A DNA stretch of 64,000 bases, from the NCBI RefSeq assembly GCF_001447785.1, contig NW_015172563.1, positions 800,150 through 864,149 on the forward strand, given 5' to 3'. The notes under the pieces are model-generated. The model did not search any database. It was not told where the DNA came from and saw only the letters and a list, made by a program, of their open reading frames with translations. Numbering within the stretch: the first letter of the stretch is position 1; every line of letters starts with the position of its first letter. A program made the position numbers and the translations under genes. The stretch comes from Gekko japonicus (Eukaryota). This document shows, piece after piece, positions 25,101 through 37,100 of this stretch.

Positions 25101-28100
25101 TTGATTAAACCGCTGTAGGAATGGGCCGACAAGATGATAAACGTAGAGTAACTGGAATTCAGTCTTGACTATTGGTATCAGTACTTCAGTGAGGAACCTG
25201 TTGTGTTTCAGAAACTAGAATAAGTAATCTCTCCTTATATATAATCCTGTTTTGGGGTGAACGTTCCACATGCTCCGTCAGCATTTGGCTCGCTGACCTG
25301 TAACTCCAATGATGTGCCAATCCAGTGGCTGCATTGCTGGACTTAGCGTATTGGCCATTTCTAGCTCTCCCATTGGCTGTGCAGAGTGGTTCCATCAGCC
25401 ATTGGGCTATTGGCCACCACTCAAGAGTACTCGTGTGCCATTGGCCAGGTGCTGGGTCTGCTCCTCTTCCCCGCCCATTTTCACTTCAGCCCCTGCTCCC
25501 TGTCAGATTTGCTGGCAGACTGCTCTCTCTACTGAGGAATACACTTCTCTTGGCTCCTGTGTGGGACGAACTCTCCCCTCAGTGGCTGTTGGTAGGCAAC
25601 CAAGCTTGCTACTGTCAGTAAAAAGACAAAGGATAACCCCCTCCCACTGCCAGCTTGGCCACTTTCCTGTCAGAATAAATTGAAATCAGCTCTCTCTCCT
25701 TTTTGGTTTTGCCATGGCTGGCTGGCTAATGAGGTGGACCAGCAGCCATCAAACCATTCCCTTCAACCCCCTGGTTTTTTGGCTGACTTTCCCCTAGGGT
25801 TGCCAGTCTCCAGGTGGGACCTGGAGATCTCCCGCTGCTACAATTGATCTCCAGATGACAAACGTCAGTTCCCCTGGAGAAAAGGGCTGCTTTGGAAGGT
25901 AGACCCTATGGCATTATACCCTGCTGAGTCCTTCCACCCCCCCAGTGCTGCCCTCCATAGGATCCACCCCCCAAATCTCCAGGTATTTCCCTAATCAGAG
26001 CTGGCAACTGTACTTTCTCCTCAGTGCCTGTTGCTAGGCAACCAAGCTTGGTTCTGTGAGTAAAAGGCCCTTTCCACACCTATGTTGGCCTTTGGGAGAA
26101 AACTAATTGGGGCCAGTCCTGATAGGGTAGCCAACTCCAGGTGGGAAATTCCTGGAGATTTGAAGGATGGAGCCTGGAGAGGGTGAGGCTTGAGGAGGGG
26201 TGGGACCTCAGACAGGGTCAATGCCATAGACGCCAAACTCCAAACCAGCTATTCCCTGATGGGGAAACATTGTTGCCAATCTCCAGGTGGGGGATGGAGA
26301 TCAGTCAGAATTAGAACTGCTCTCTAGGAGGGAGGAGATGTAAAGCTGAAGCCAGGGGACAGATAACAGTAGGTTGATGGTTGGCCATGAGGGAGATACA
26401 GTTGCCAACTCCAGGTTGGAAAATTCCTGGAGATTTGAGGGGTGGAGCCTGGAGAAGGTGAGGTTTGAGGAGGGGTAGGACCTCAGACAGGTACAGTGCC
26501 ATAGACTCCACCCTCCAAACCAGCCATTCCCTCCTGGGGAAAGCCTGTTGCCAATCTCCAGGTGAGGGCTAGAGATCACTCAAAATTACAACTGCTCTTC
26601 AGGTAGCAGAGATCAGTTCCTGGGGAGAAACTGGTGGGCTCTGTGTCATTATACCCTGCCGAGGTCGCCACAGCAAATTGTCATTTAGTGCCCAAAGCCG
26701 GGGCACTCTCCCAGAGCCTCTTTCTAGTGCTCACTGTATTTATTTCCACAACGGGCCTTATTCCTAGTTACACTATAAACCAAAATTAATACAAAGCTCT
26801 TCATTTTATACCCTGAATTCTGGCAAGAGTCCTCAAATTAACAATTGACTTATATGCTTAATCATTGGCATAAATTTAAGGGAGAATATTTATCTATTTG
26901 TTGTGCCCTGTGTTTAAGACGTGACACATATTATTTAGGTGAAATTAGTATGCATAGATAACAGAAAATACCCACTACACATACTTTGGAATGAGGGAAA
27001 GCTGGCCAATGCTTGAATGGTGCCAGACAGCATGCGCCAATGCCAATGTGTAGCTACAGCACATCTCCGAGTAAGACTGGTGGCAAGCTGTGAAGTCAAA
27101 GAGCTGGAATGGGTAACCAACCCATTCAGTCTCTGAGGTCAAGCTAGGACTGTTGACAACACTCACAATCCGTTCATGGAGAACAATCCAGTAGGGCTCC
27201 TGCAAAATAAAGCCACCCCATGACAAATTATTAGCATACTTGGGACATTCAAGTACACAGACAAATATCAATCATAGACAGTGACTGTGACCCATCATGA
27301 AACTGAGGACCAGTTGTTAGTTATAAATACCAGTCTTTCAAGGTGCTGTCCCTTACAGCTCTAGTAACACAGGAATGAAAAAGCCATCAGACAAGAGGGA
27401 AATAATCTGAGAATATGTTGGCATCACCCACACAATCTCTCCTCTCCCTTGTGGTTACGCCATTCTTATGTTACAAAAGCAGAGCAGAACAGAATCACCA
27501 ACCAGGCCTACTCTATAATGAAAGAGCTGGGACTGGGATATTGAGGTTTCTAATGATCCAATGCTAATGCAGGAAGTTGCTCAATCTTTTCAAACAGATA
27601 GCTTTGTGTTATATGATTTCTGGCCCCACTGGTGGACTTCCTGATGGTACCTGGGTTTTGGCCACTGTGTGACACTGACAACGGATGGGCCATTGAAATG
27701 ATTCAACACGGCTTCTCTTATGTTTTTAACTGAACAATTAAGTTAGTCTACAAATGCTTCATAATCAGTCTATGAAACTGTTTCACAGTCACAACAATCT
27801 AAGTAAACATTACTCCACATTACAGAATATTTGGTTTTAAAAAGGCTGCATTTGTCTAAACTCATAAGGAGGGCACAGGAGGAGCTGGATACATGTCATG
27901 TGCTCCTCAGTTTTCATTTAAAAATACCACAAACTTAACTTGTGCATCTATAGTGTTTGCTGAAAGCTCATATAGTACAAAGCTAAATGTTTAGTGGTCT
28001 ATAGACAAGTCTTGGTACCTCCCATCCAAAATGGTTCCAATTACTCCTCTTCCTATATTAACAGTTTGCCTTTCTTGTTGAGACTCAAGGTGGATTACAA

Positions 28101-31100
28101 TGCAATAAAAACCAGCACAATAACACAGGAAACAATGCAATACTATTTGTTTAAAAGCTGCCTAATTTTTTTCACAGACATTACAATGACAGACCAGTTC
28201 CCTGTATAAGAAGTGCTCTGCTGATCAACTCCATTTTACAACAGTCCTTTTTCCTCTACAAAAATATCCTGAACAGCTCATTTTTACACATTCGGCAGTA
28301 AAAAAAGTAAAATGGAAAAGGTCATATCCTCCCCACCCTAATTTTCCTATTATATTTGTTAGCATTTTAGCGTCTCATTTTAAACATTATTTTCATCAGT
28401 GGTACAGGATTACTTGTCTTTTCAATTAGTCAGAATCAAGGCAACTTACAGGCAAGAATCAAGGCAACTTACAGGCAAGGCAGTGATAATCAGTCCAATT
28501 GCATTCATCCATGCTGTTATATTGTCTCTAGGAACTAATGGCTGACTGGAGAAAGTGAGATAAAAAAGGACTCATGTACTTAATATCAGCAGTTTATGGT
28601 AGAGATACATACCATTTTTAACATAAAACTGTCTCTATTTTTCAGAAGAACTTCAACCTACCTTTTCAGCACAACATTCAGAAGGGCATTTCCTACATCC
28701 TTTCCTGGAACAGCCAATGCCATGAGTTCAACACAGGTAACATGCAGTGCATGGGCAGCTGGGTTAGGAAACTCATTGAACCTCCAGTCACAGTTTGGGA
28801 ATGGTGACTTGCCAGCCATCGGTGAGAACGATTAAGGTAATCAACTGATATGACATAGGAAGCAGCTGCCATTACAGGGGCTGTTTCTTTTTTGGAGAAC
28901 TGCAGTGGTACAGGCTAGAGCTTCCATTTGGTCCTTAATATGTAGGAACAGACTGTAAGCTCAAAAATCATGGGATAGAAGGACAAGTCCTTTTATGGAT
29001 CAAAAACTGGCTAGTTCATAGAAAACAGAGAGTGAGTGTAGGTGGGCAATTTTCTCAGTGGAGGGTGGTAAGCAGTGGGGTACCGCAGGGATCAGTACTT
29101 GGTCCACTGCTTTTTAACTTGTTCATTAATGATTTGGAGATGGGAGTAAGCAGTGAAGTGGCTAAATTTGCGGATGATACAAAGTTGTTCAGGGTGGTGA
29201 AAACCAGTGAGGATTGTGAGGCACTCCAAGGGGATCTGTCAAGGATGGGCGAGTGGGCGTCAACATGGCAAATGGGGTTCAATGTGGCCAAGTGCAAGGT
29301 GATGCACATTGGAGCCAAAAATCCTAAATATAAATACACATTGATGGGGTCTGAACTGGCAGAGACTGAGCAAGAGAGAGATCTTGGAGTTGTAGTGGAT
29401 AACTCACTGAAAATGTCGAGACAGTGTGTGACTGCAATAAAGAAGGCCAATGCTATGCTGGGGATTATTAGGAAGGGTATTGAAAACAGATCAGCCAATA
29501 TAATAATGCCCCTATATAAATCAATGGTGAGACCTCATTTGGAATACTGTGTGCAGTTCTGGTCACCACACCTTAAAAAGGATATTATAGCTTTGGAAAA
29601 AGTGCAGAAAAGGGCAACTCGAATGATAAAAGGGTTGGAACACTTTCCCTATGAGGAAAGGTTAAAGCGCTTAGGGCTCTTTAGCTTGGAGAAAAGACGA
29701 CTGAGGGGTGACATGATCGAGGTTTATAAGATTATGCATGGGAAAGAGCAGGTAAAGAAAGAGGTACTTTTCTCCCTTTCTCACAATACAAGAACTCGTG
29801 GGCACTCCATGAAACTGCAGAGCGGTCGGGTTAGAACGGATAAAAGGAAGTACTTCTTCACCCAAAGAGTGATTAACACATGGAATTCACTGCCACAGGA
29901 AGTGGTGGGTGCTACAAGCATGGACGGCTTCAAAAGGGAATTAGATAAGCATATGGAGCAGAGGTCCATCAGTGGCTATTAGCCACAAGGTATAGCTAGG
30001 GGCTCTGGGGCAAGTGATGCTCTGTCTTCTTGGTGCTTGGGGGGGGGTCAACAGTGGGAGGGCTTCTAATGTCCTGGCCCCACTGCTGGACCTCCTGATG
30101 GCACTGGTATTTCTGGCCACTGTGTGACACAGAGTGTTGGACTGGATGGGCCTTTGGCCTGATCCAACATTGGCGTCTCTTATGTTCTTATGTTCTTATG
30201 TTCTTATTAACTATTATGTTGTATGTTCAGGCCATTCATGCATGGCTCATATATGCAGATCTGAGCAAAACACAGTGCAGAAACCTAGGTTACATAGTGT
30301 CTGCTGCTATTTTCTCTTCTAGTCATTTGAGCACCTTGGTACTATAGCGTAATCAATGTAGAGATTATGCATTTTCAAACAAATAATGATACGTATTATA
30401 CATTCTTAACATGTTTCCTCCACCCAAGATATTCCAGGTGGCTTGTTAAGAAAATGATTTGCCCCTGCTTCACATCCTTGATTTTTTTCTTGGCTAACAA
30501 TAATAATCTGAATGCCGCTCCTGAAAAGACAAAACTATGAATGGGTGGAGCGCAAAAAAAAGAAAAGCATCACAGCACAGCCAACTACAGATTAATTACA
30601 ATGCAAACAGGTGTCTCAATGGTTTTCTGATATTTTACCTACACTCACTATTATAAAAAAGGATATTATCGACCAGCCTTGCAATCAGTTTACAGTAATA
30701 TATGTCATCAGGGATCCATGGATTATCTTCTCGTGCATTCATAGCACATTTGAGGTAAATGTCACTCAAGCACCATCCTAGAGGCCGATTATCCTTAAGG
30801 GAACCAATGATGGCATGGACCAGTTTCCGTTTGAGGTTTGGACGGTCCCGGAGATGTCCTTCGTAGTAGTGAAGTGTATTGTACAAGTAGGTTACTGGAC
30901 GATCTGCAAGGAGACAACAGGGGTATTCACAAACTCAAAGCCAGGGTCGAGTACAGTCTGCACTACAAAAATGAAAATTCTGTACACAGGCAATTCAAAT
31001 AACACGACAAGGAATGCTCAATTTGTTGCTCTATAAATTACTAGCCTGATACCTGTGCTTCGCTATGGTATTTAACTTCCGTAAATCCAGTTATAATACT

Positions 31101-34100
31101 GATGATGTAAAGTTTGAAATGTAACATTTGTTGTAGGAATTCTAATGGAGAAGACTGTAGTGTAAAAAATGAAGTGAGACATACGTACTTTTTTTCTCTC
31201 TACTGAAGGACCTTTCTGTAGACTGCTGGGGCAGGCTCCCTCATGGCTTTAAGTACCCTGCCACCGCTGCTGCACCTGACAGACAACGGCCTGTTAGGTG
31301 TAGGAGGTGGGGGGAGTGTGTTGGAAGCCATCAGAGGGGCTGGGCCAGCAGCATCGTTAAGGTGATCTTGCTGGGGCAGTGTCCCTGATGTATTAAAGTA
31401 CCCTGCTCCTGCTCCTACACCTGACAGACACCCGCCTGTCTGGTGTTGGGGGGATTATGTTTAAAGGCATCAGGGAGGCTGGGCCAGCAGCAGAGCTAAG
31501 GCAATCTTGCTGAGCAAACCTCCCCAGGGGCTGTAAGCATCCCACCTCCTCTCCTACACCTGACAGACAGCTGCCTGTCCAGTGTAGGAGGGGGAGGGGG
31601 GAGGAGTATTGGAAAGCACTGTGGAGTTGGGGCTGACAGGATCACTAAGGCGTTACTGCTGGCGCAGGTTCCCTTGTGGCTTTAAGCACCCTGCAACCGC
31701 TGCTGCACCTGACAGACAACTGCCTGTCAGGTGTAGGAGGGGGGAGCATGTTTGAAGCCATAGGGAGGCTGGGCCAGCAGCTCACAGGTGGTTGGCCACT
31801 CCTGATTTCCTCAACTGTCATTAGCTCTCTGTAGTCCCCTGTAACTGTTTTTTTTAACCTCAGAACACTGAGCTCTGCAGTTGACCAATCAGAGAGTAGG
31901 GGGTGCAAGGAGGCAGCCCCTGGCAGCCACGTAGGAATCAATGGGGGAGCACATTTTACCCCTTTTGACTCCCTTAGGGGTCGAATTTCTAAAAATCCCT
32001 TTTTAGTGAGCATCTACGTCATGGTAGGAGTGCTCTCCCTGAATTTGGTGTTTCTAGGTTCAGCGGTTTGGCCTGGGCGTTGATTTTACGGTGAGGGGAC
32101 TTTCTTTTATATATATAGATGTAAATTGATCAAATTAGTATGATTGGATTTTGTACAACAGCTTATTCTGCAAGTTTTACTATTTCATGTTTGGTAGCTG
32201 TGGGAAGAGGAAGTACTGTATACTAAAGCCTGCCCCAATTACTGAAATCTTATGTATAACTTCCAAGATTTCATTTGACACTGCTCATGACTTTTCAAGT
32301 ATCCATCTGAAACCACAAGAACTAGAAACCTGTAGAAATTTTTTTTTTAAGTGAAGATGTTCTCAGGAAGCTGGATTCTGTGTTCAGTACTAGATGCCAC
32401 CACACTTTCTGTGAATGTCCCCAGTATTGTTGACACACATACAGCCCTACTCTTAGCATGAACACAAGGTCAGAGGCTAGAGTCCCTTTGAGGAGAAAAT
32501 CAGGTCAGAAATTTAACAAATAAAATAAAAACAATTAAGTACAGAAGTCCAACTGAAAAAATTTAGAATTATTTCTGAACCACAGGGGATTACTTTCTTA
32601 ATCCTTATTCTAAAGAAAGGGCGAGACAGAGGGAAGGTATTGCATTCTTATTAGTGTTCTGCTCAGCCTGCTGAATGTTGCCATTCAGGTACTTCTTCAG
32701 CACTGAGCTATCAATCTGTGCAGCCTTTCCTCAGACCTGGGCTTCTTTGTTTGAAAGGATATGTGAAGATACATTTTTTAAAATGCCATCCTGACAGCTA
32801 TGTGGGCATCTAACCTTAAGCCCCTAATCCAAACATTAGCAAGCACTTCCAGGTAGACATAGAGCTCCTACATGAGTGGGCTTGCCTGTTCACATTACGA
32901 AGAAACTTTCAAGTGCAATGCAAATATGCATGTACAGAGCTACCCCCTGCCTTTGAAGTAAAGGGTGTACACCTGAACTCCATGAATGCTTCATTGCAGG
33001 GACACTCCCTTACTAATAATACCTGTGAAGATAATGTGACAATTGAATATGAACATTCTAGGGTGCTCATAGATTACATTGACAGGTAGGACCTCTATGT
33101 CAACCCTGAAGTGTTTGCCAATGTTTGAACCAGGGACTTAAGGTTAGATGCCCCATAGCATTTTTTTTTAAATGTACCTTCACATAGCCTTCAAACGAAC
33201 AGATCCAGGTCTTCTTAGGATTAGTTTCCCAACTATAAGTGTGACAAAGTCTTATTCTGACATTTCTATACTAGATTGGTGAGACAAGCAAAATCAGGGT
33301 TTTATGAACATGAAGCCTGACTTGAGGAATTTTTTTTTTTTAATTACCATCTTGTTCTGTGGAAGAATTCAGTGATCTTACAAGCAAGACACACCAATGT
33401 CCTGTTTGGAACTCACCATGGAATTTGTATAAGCCCCCTAGATGATCCAGCAGAGTCTCCAGTGACTTGGACACTGGAAGCAGTTCTAAAAATCTGTGAA
33501 TCACAATGTCAAACACTGGTAGGAAACGGAGGCAAACATTCCCAAAGTATATCGGTAAGTACTGGGGTTGGATCTGAACAGGAGGATTAACTTGCTCTGC
33601 TAAGCCTTCAAAATACAGCTTTTCAGGATATTTCTGGGGGAGAAAGTTTGAACAACATTAAGTTACCTGTCTAATCTTCACAATGCTTCAAAGATGTTTG
33701 ATTCTATTCAGAATCCTCCCCCCCTCCCCGATATATACACTGCAACCCTATACACTCTTGTAAGCCCATTGACTTTAATGGACTTAGACGTCAATGGACT
33801 TAGAAGAGTGCAACTCTGATTAGGTTATACTGTCAACGCTCTTGCTTTACATTCATATTTAATTGAAACCTTTTGCAAAAACTGGAGTTATATAGTAAGA
33901 AACCTATATATAGAGTTAACAGAATTAGAAAAAGACCCAGGCTCCAAATCATGCACACATTTAGGCTTTGGAACAGACAAAGGTGATTTTTAGAGTTTCT
34001 GATCTCCAATCTCCAAGAAGACTGAATCTGGACTTACCTACAAGATTATACATGCACGATAGTGCTTTCTGAACCAGGCACCACTGGAGGTGACTGAGTG

Positions 34101-37100
34101 ATTCAGTTTCACTTTACACACATGCAAGGAGCCATAATGTCTAAATCCTGACCTGTTCTGAATGCTATCAAAGCTGCTTCATTCCCCCATTCGCTGATCA
34201 GCTAATATCTAGATATTACCCATGATGAAGATACTGTGTGATCTTCTCTGTGCATCAGTCCTTCCCACTGTCAGAACACACTCCCAGTTCAGTTTCAATG
34301 CTAAAATGCTACAAGCTGAGCTATAATATCTTCTCTTTACATCTGACATAATAACATTACTGTACTTATACTAAACACATCCCTCTATCATGCAAAAAGG
34401 AATAAGGAGTACCATAAATATTCCGTAACAAGTATTTGTGACTACTCAGTTTATAGAGTTTAAAGTACCTTGTGGTAAGTCATGTGCTTAGTATGCCAGT
34501 CATTCTGTAGCCAATGCTCTGGGGAGTTCTCCTTCACAAAATCACTCACTCTGTTTCGGAAATCATTCGGTTTAAGTAAAAGCAACTGGATGATGAAGTA
34601 GCACACCTGAGCTTCATTTCCTTCATGACTGCGCATAGCCTGTAATGAAACAAAGATAGTACTGCAAAGCGATAAGAGACAAAGTCTTCAGTTACATTAC
34701 TGCAGTTAAACACTTCAACTTGTTACACTGAAATATAATGTGGGATCCACTTAAGAAAAATGGGAACCAGGTTACATCTAAGAAACCTGGCAATAATGCA
34801 TAATTTCTCTTTAATAGCCTATATCTAATGCTGAACTTGGCCTCAAAGTACAGATCAAAAAGTCTGATCAACAGAGCCAGGCACAGAAAACAGAGGTGCA
34901 AATGTGGAGAACACCCCCGGGTTTGTTGACCGCCCTTGAAACCCACAAAAGCAAATGTTTGCAGCTGCAGACATTGTAACTAAAACAACAAATCACTATC
35001 TCACACCACTACATGGTGAGACCCCAGTGGTAACTTCACTGGACATGGTTTGATGTAGAAAATGCAACAAAGGTGCTTTCCTCTTCAAGCCCCTATCCCA
35101 TCAGCTGTCTAATGATGACTGATGGAGTGGGGCTTGGAAGGGAAAGTAGGTCTGGCTTGTCTTCTGCTCCATGCCCCCACACCGCTCGCTAACCCACTGA
35201 TGGGGACGCTTGGGGTGGAAAGCACGCCACATACATTTTTGGTTATGAGATTCAGCAGTGTTTTGTATTTTAGATTCAGAAATTCTGTAGAATACTTGTA
35301 TAAGCATCCTACATCCAGTGAATCAGAAAAGGACTACTACTTTTGGAGTAACTTTACAAGGAGACAATATATGTTAAGGCATTCCTTACCAAACATAGTA
35401 TCAGCCTGTCCAGTGTCACAATATTGTATTTCCACACCATGTCATTGAGAATCTCAATACATTTGTTGAGCTGCTGTCCTCCTGCTGATGTGGAAAATTC
35501 ATAGACCAGGAAATCTGCAAATGTCCTAACATGAGCAACCAGAGCTCTGGCACCAATTCTTTCTAGCACTCTAAGAAACAGGAAAGAACAGAAAAGTGAC
35601 TGTAGCAGTTATGCAATTAATTAATTTAATAATGGAACCTCAAGGGCAGCTATTCAGTCTATGTTTCCTATTAGCAATCAACCAATATCTGAAGTCGCAC
35701 TACTACATAGAATACTGAAGCAAGATAAAACTTGCAGAAAACTCTCAGTAAAATGAGTGGCTATGCAGACTCTTAGATGTCTTCTGAATTACTAGACAGG
35801 ACTGTTAAGAGTTCTGTGGTATATTTTGTGTTGATTTGCTGTGACAGCACTGGTTACAAAGTCTGGCTTTCAGCGAATGCCTGGCAGCACCTTTACTTCT
35901 ACTTAGCCCTATTCATAATGCATGCTAGAGAAAGAGGCAACCACTGACCAATGCAGAAAATACCAGTGCCTCAGGAAACAAAGCATATGCTGACTGAATG
36001 ATGACTCCATGTGGAAGATAACTCTGTACTAATCTAATATTCCAGAAATTGATTTTACAGTTCCATATACCACGAGGTACAGTTTAATCTTGAAAAGACT
36101 TACCGGTAGCCAATTTGGTTGATGTGATCGGTCTCCAGCAGCATCTTCCAGAGAAGACAGAGGAAGAGCGGAGGGGAACCCTGCATGGAAAAATGGGTGA
36201 TGATGTCATTCTCAATGGTCATCGACTTCCACTTTCGGTATTCCTCCTCCACATTCTTCTTCAGGTTGAAGCGGCTCTCTTGAGGTACATTGTTTTGTTT
36301 GAAGAAAGCCTGAAATACAGTAGCTTTGTTATGAACAGATCTGAATGCAACATTCATATTTTCATCTGCAGATAACTAACTGTGGTGGGTTACTCTGACT
36401 CCAGTGTTTTCCTTTGCAACTAGAAACAGTAAGAGCTTAAGGGGCTGAACATACACTGTTCATTTCAAAAGATTAGAAAACCCAGGTTTACCTAGGGTTG
36501 CTAGGTCCCCTTGTTGCTCTAGCAGGGGGATTTTGGGTGGGGGGCGTTCTGGGACGTCCCCGATGTGATGATGTTACCCAGAATTGATGGCATCACACTG
36601 GGGACATTGTGTGTGGATGCTCTGGTTTAAGGACAAAACTCTATGGTAAAACTGGCTTAAAACCATGGAGTTTTGCCCGTAAACCAGAACGTCCCCACTT
36701 CCAGGTGACGTCATCATGTTGGAGAAGTCATGCGGGGATGTGGCTGTTTGGGGGCAGGGTTCTCCCTGCTAGCCAGCAGGCCAGTGGTGGGGAGAAGCCC
36801 CCAAAACTGGGGGAAACCCCTGCCCCGCCCTGTGGACTGGCAAGTCTAGGTTTACCTGCCATGTATTACTTTAGGTTCAAGGCTTATTTCTGTCAATATC
36901 ATTACTAAGGGTTGCATTCAGTTTATTTTTCTAAAACTTAATTTCATTTATTTTCCTCCACTATTATCTAACATCGTTCCTTCAAGAAATTATTCTGAAG
37001 TGAGCTTAATGTAGCATATTTTTCTTTCATAGCAACCTGCTTTTATGTGTAAGCATTAGTGGACTACATTTGTGAAAATTACCTGCAGTGGAGCTGGAAA

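Noticed and set aside
29055-29969. Antisense ORFs over CR1 (also over the other CR1 copies and MED23 exons)
   Set aside because: Shadow ORFs on the opposite strand of real coding frames.
31250-31790. Repeat array that superficially resembles CRISPR
   Set aside because: Eukaryotic context; degenerate ~140-bp units without unique spacers, inside a Helitron.
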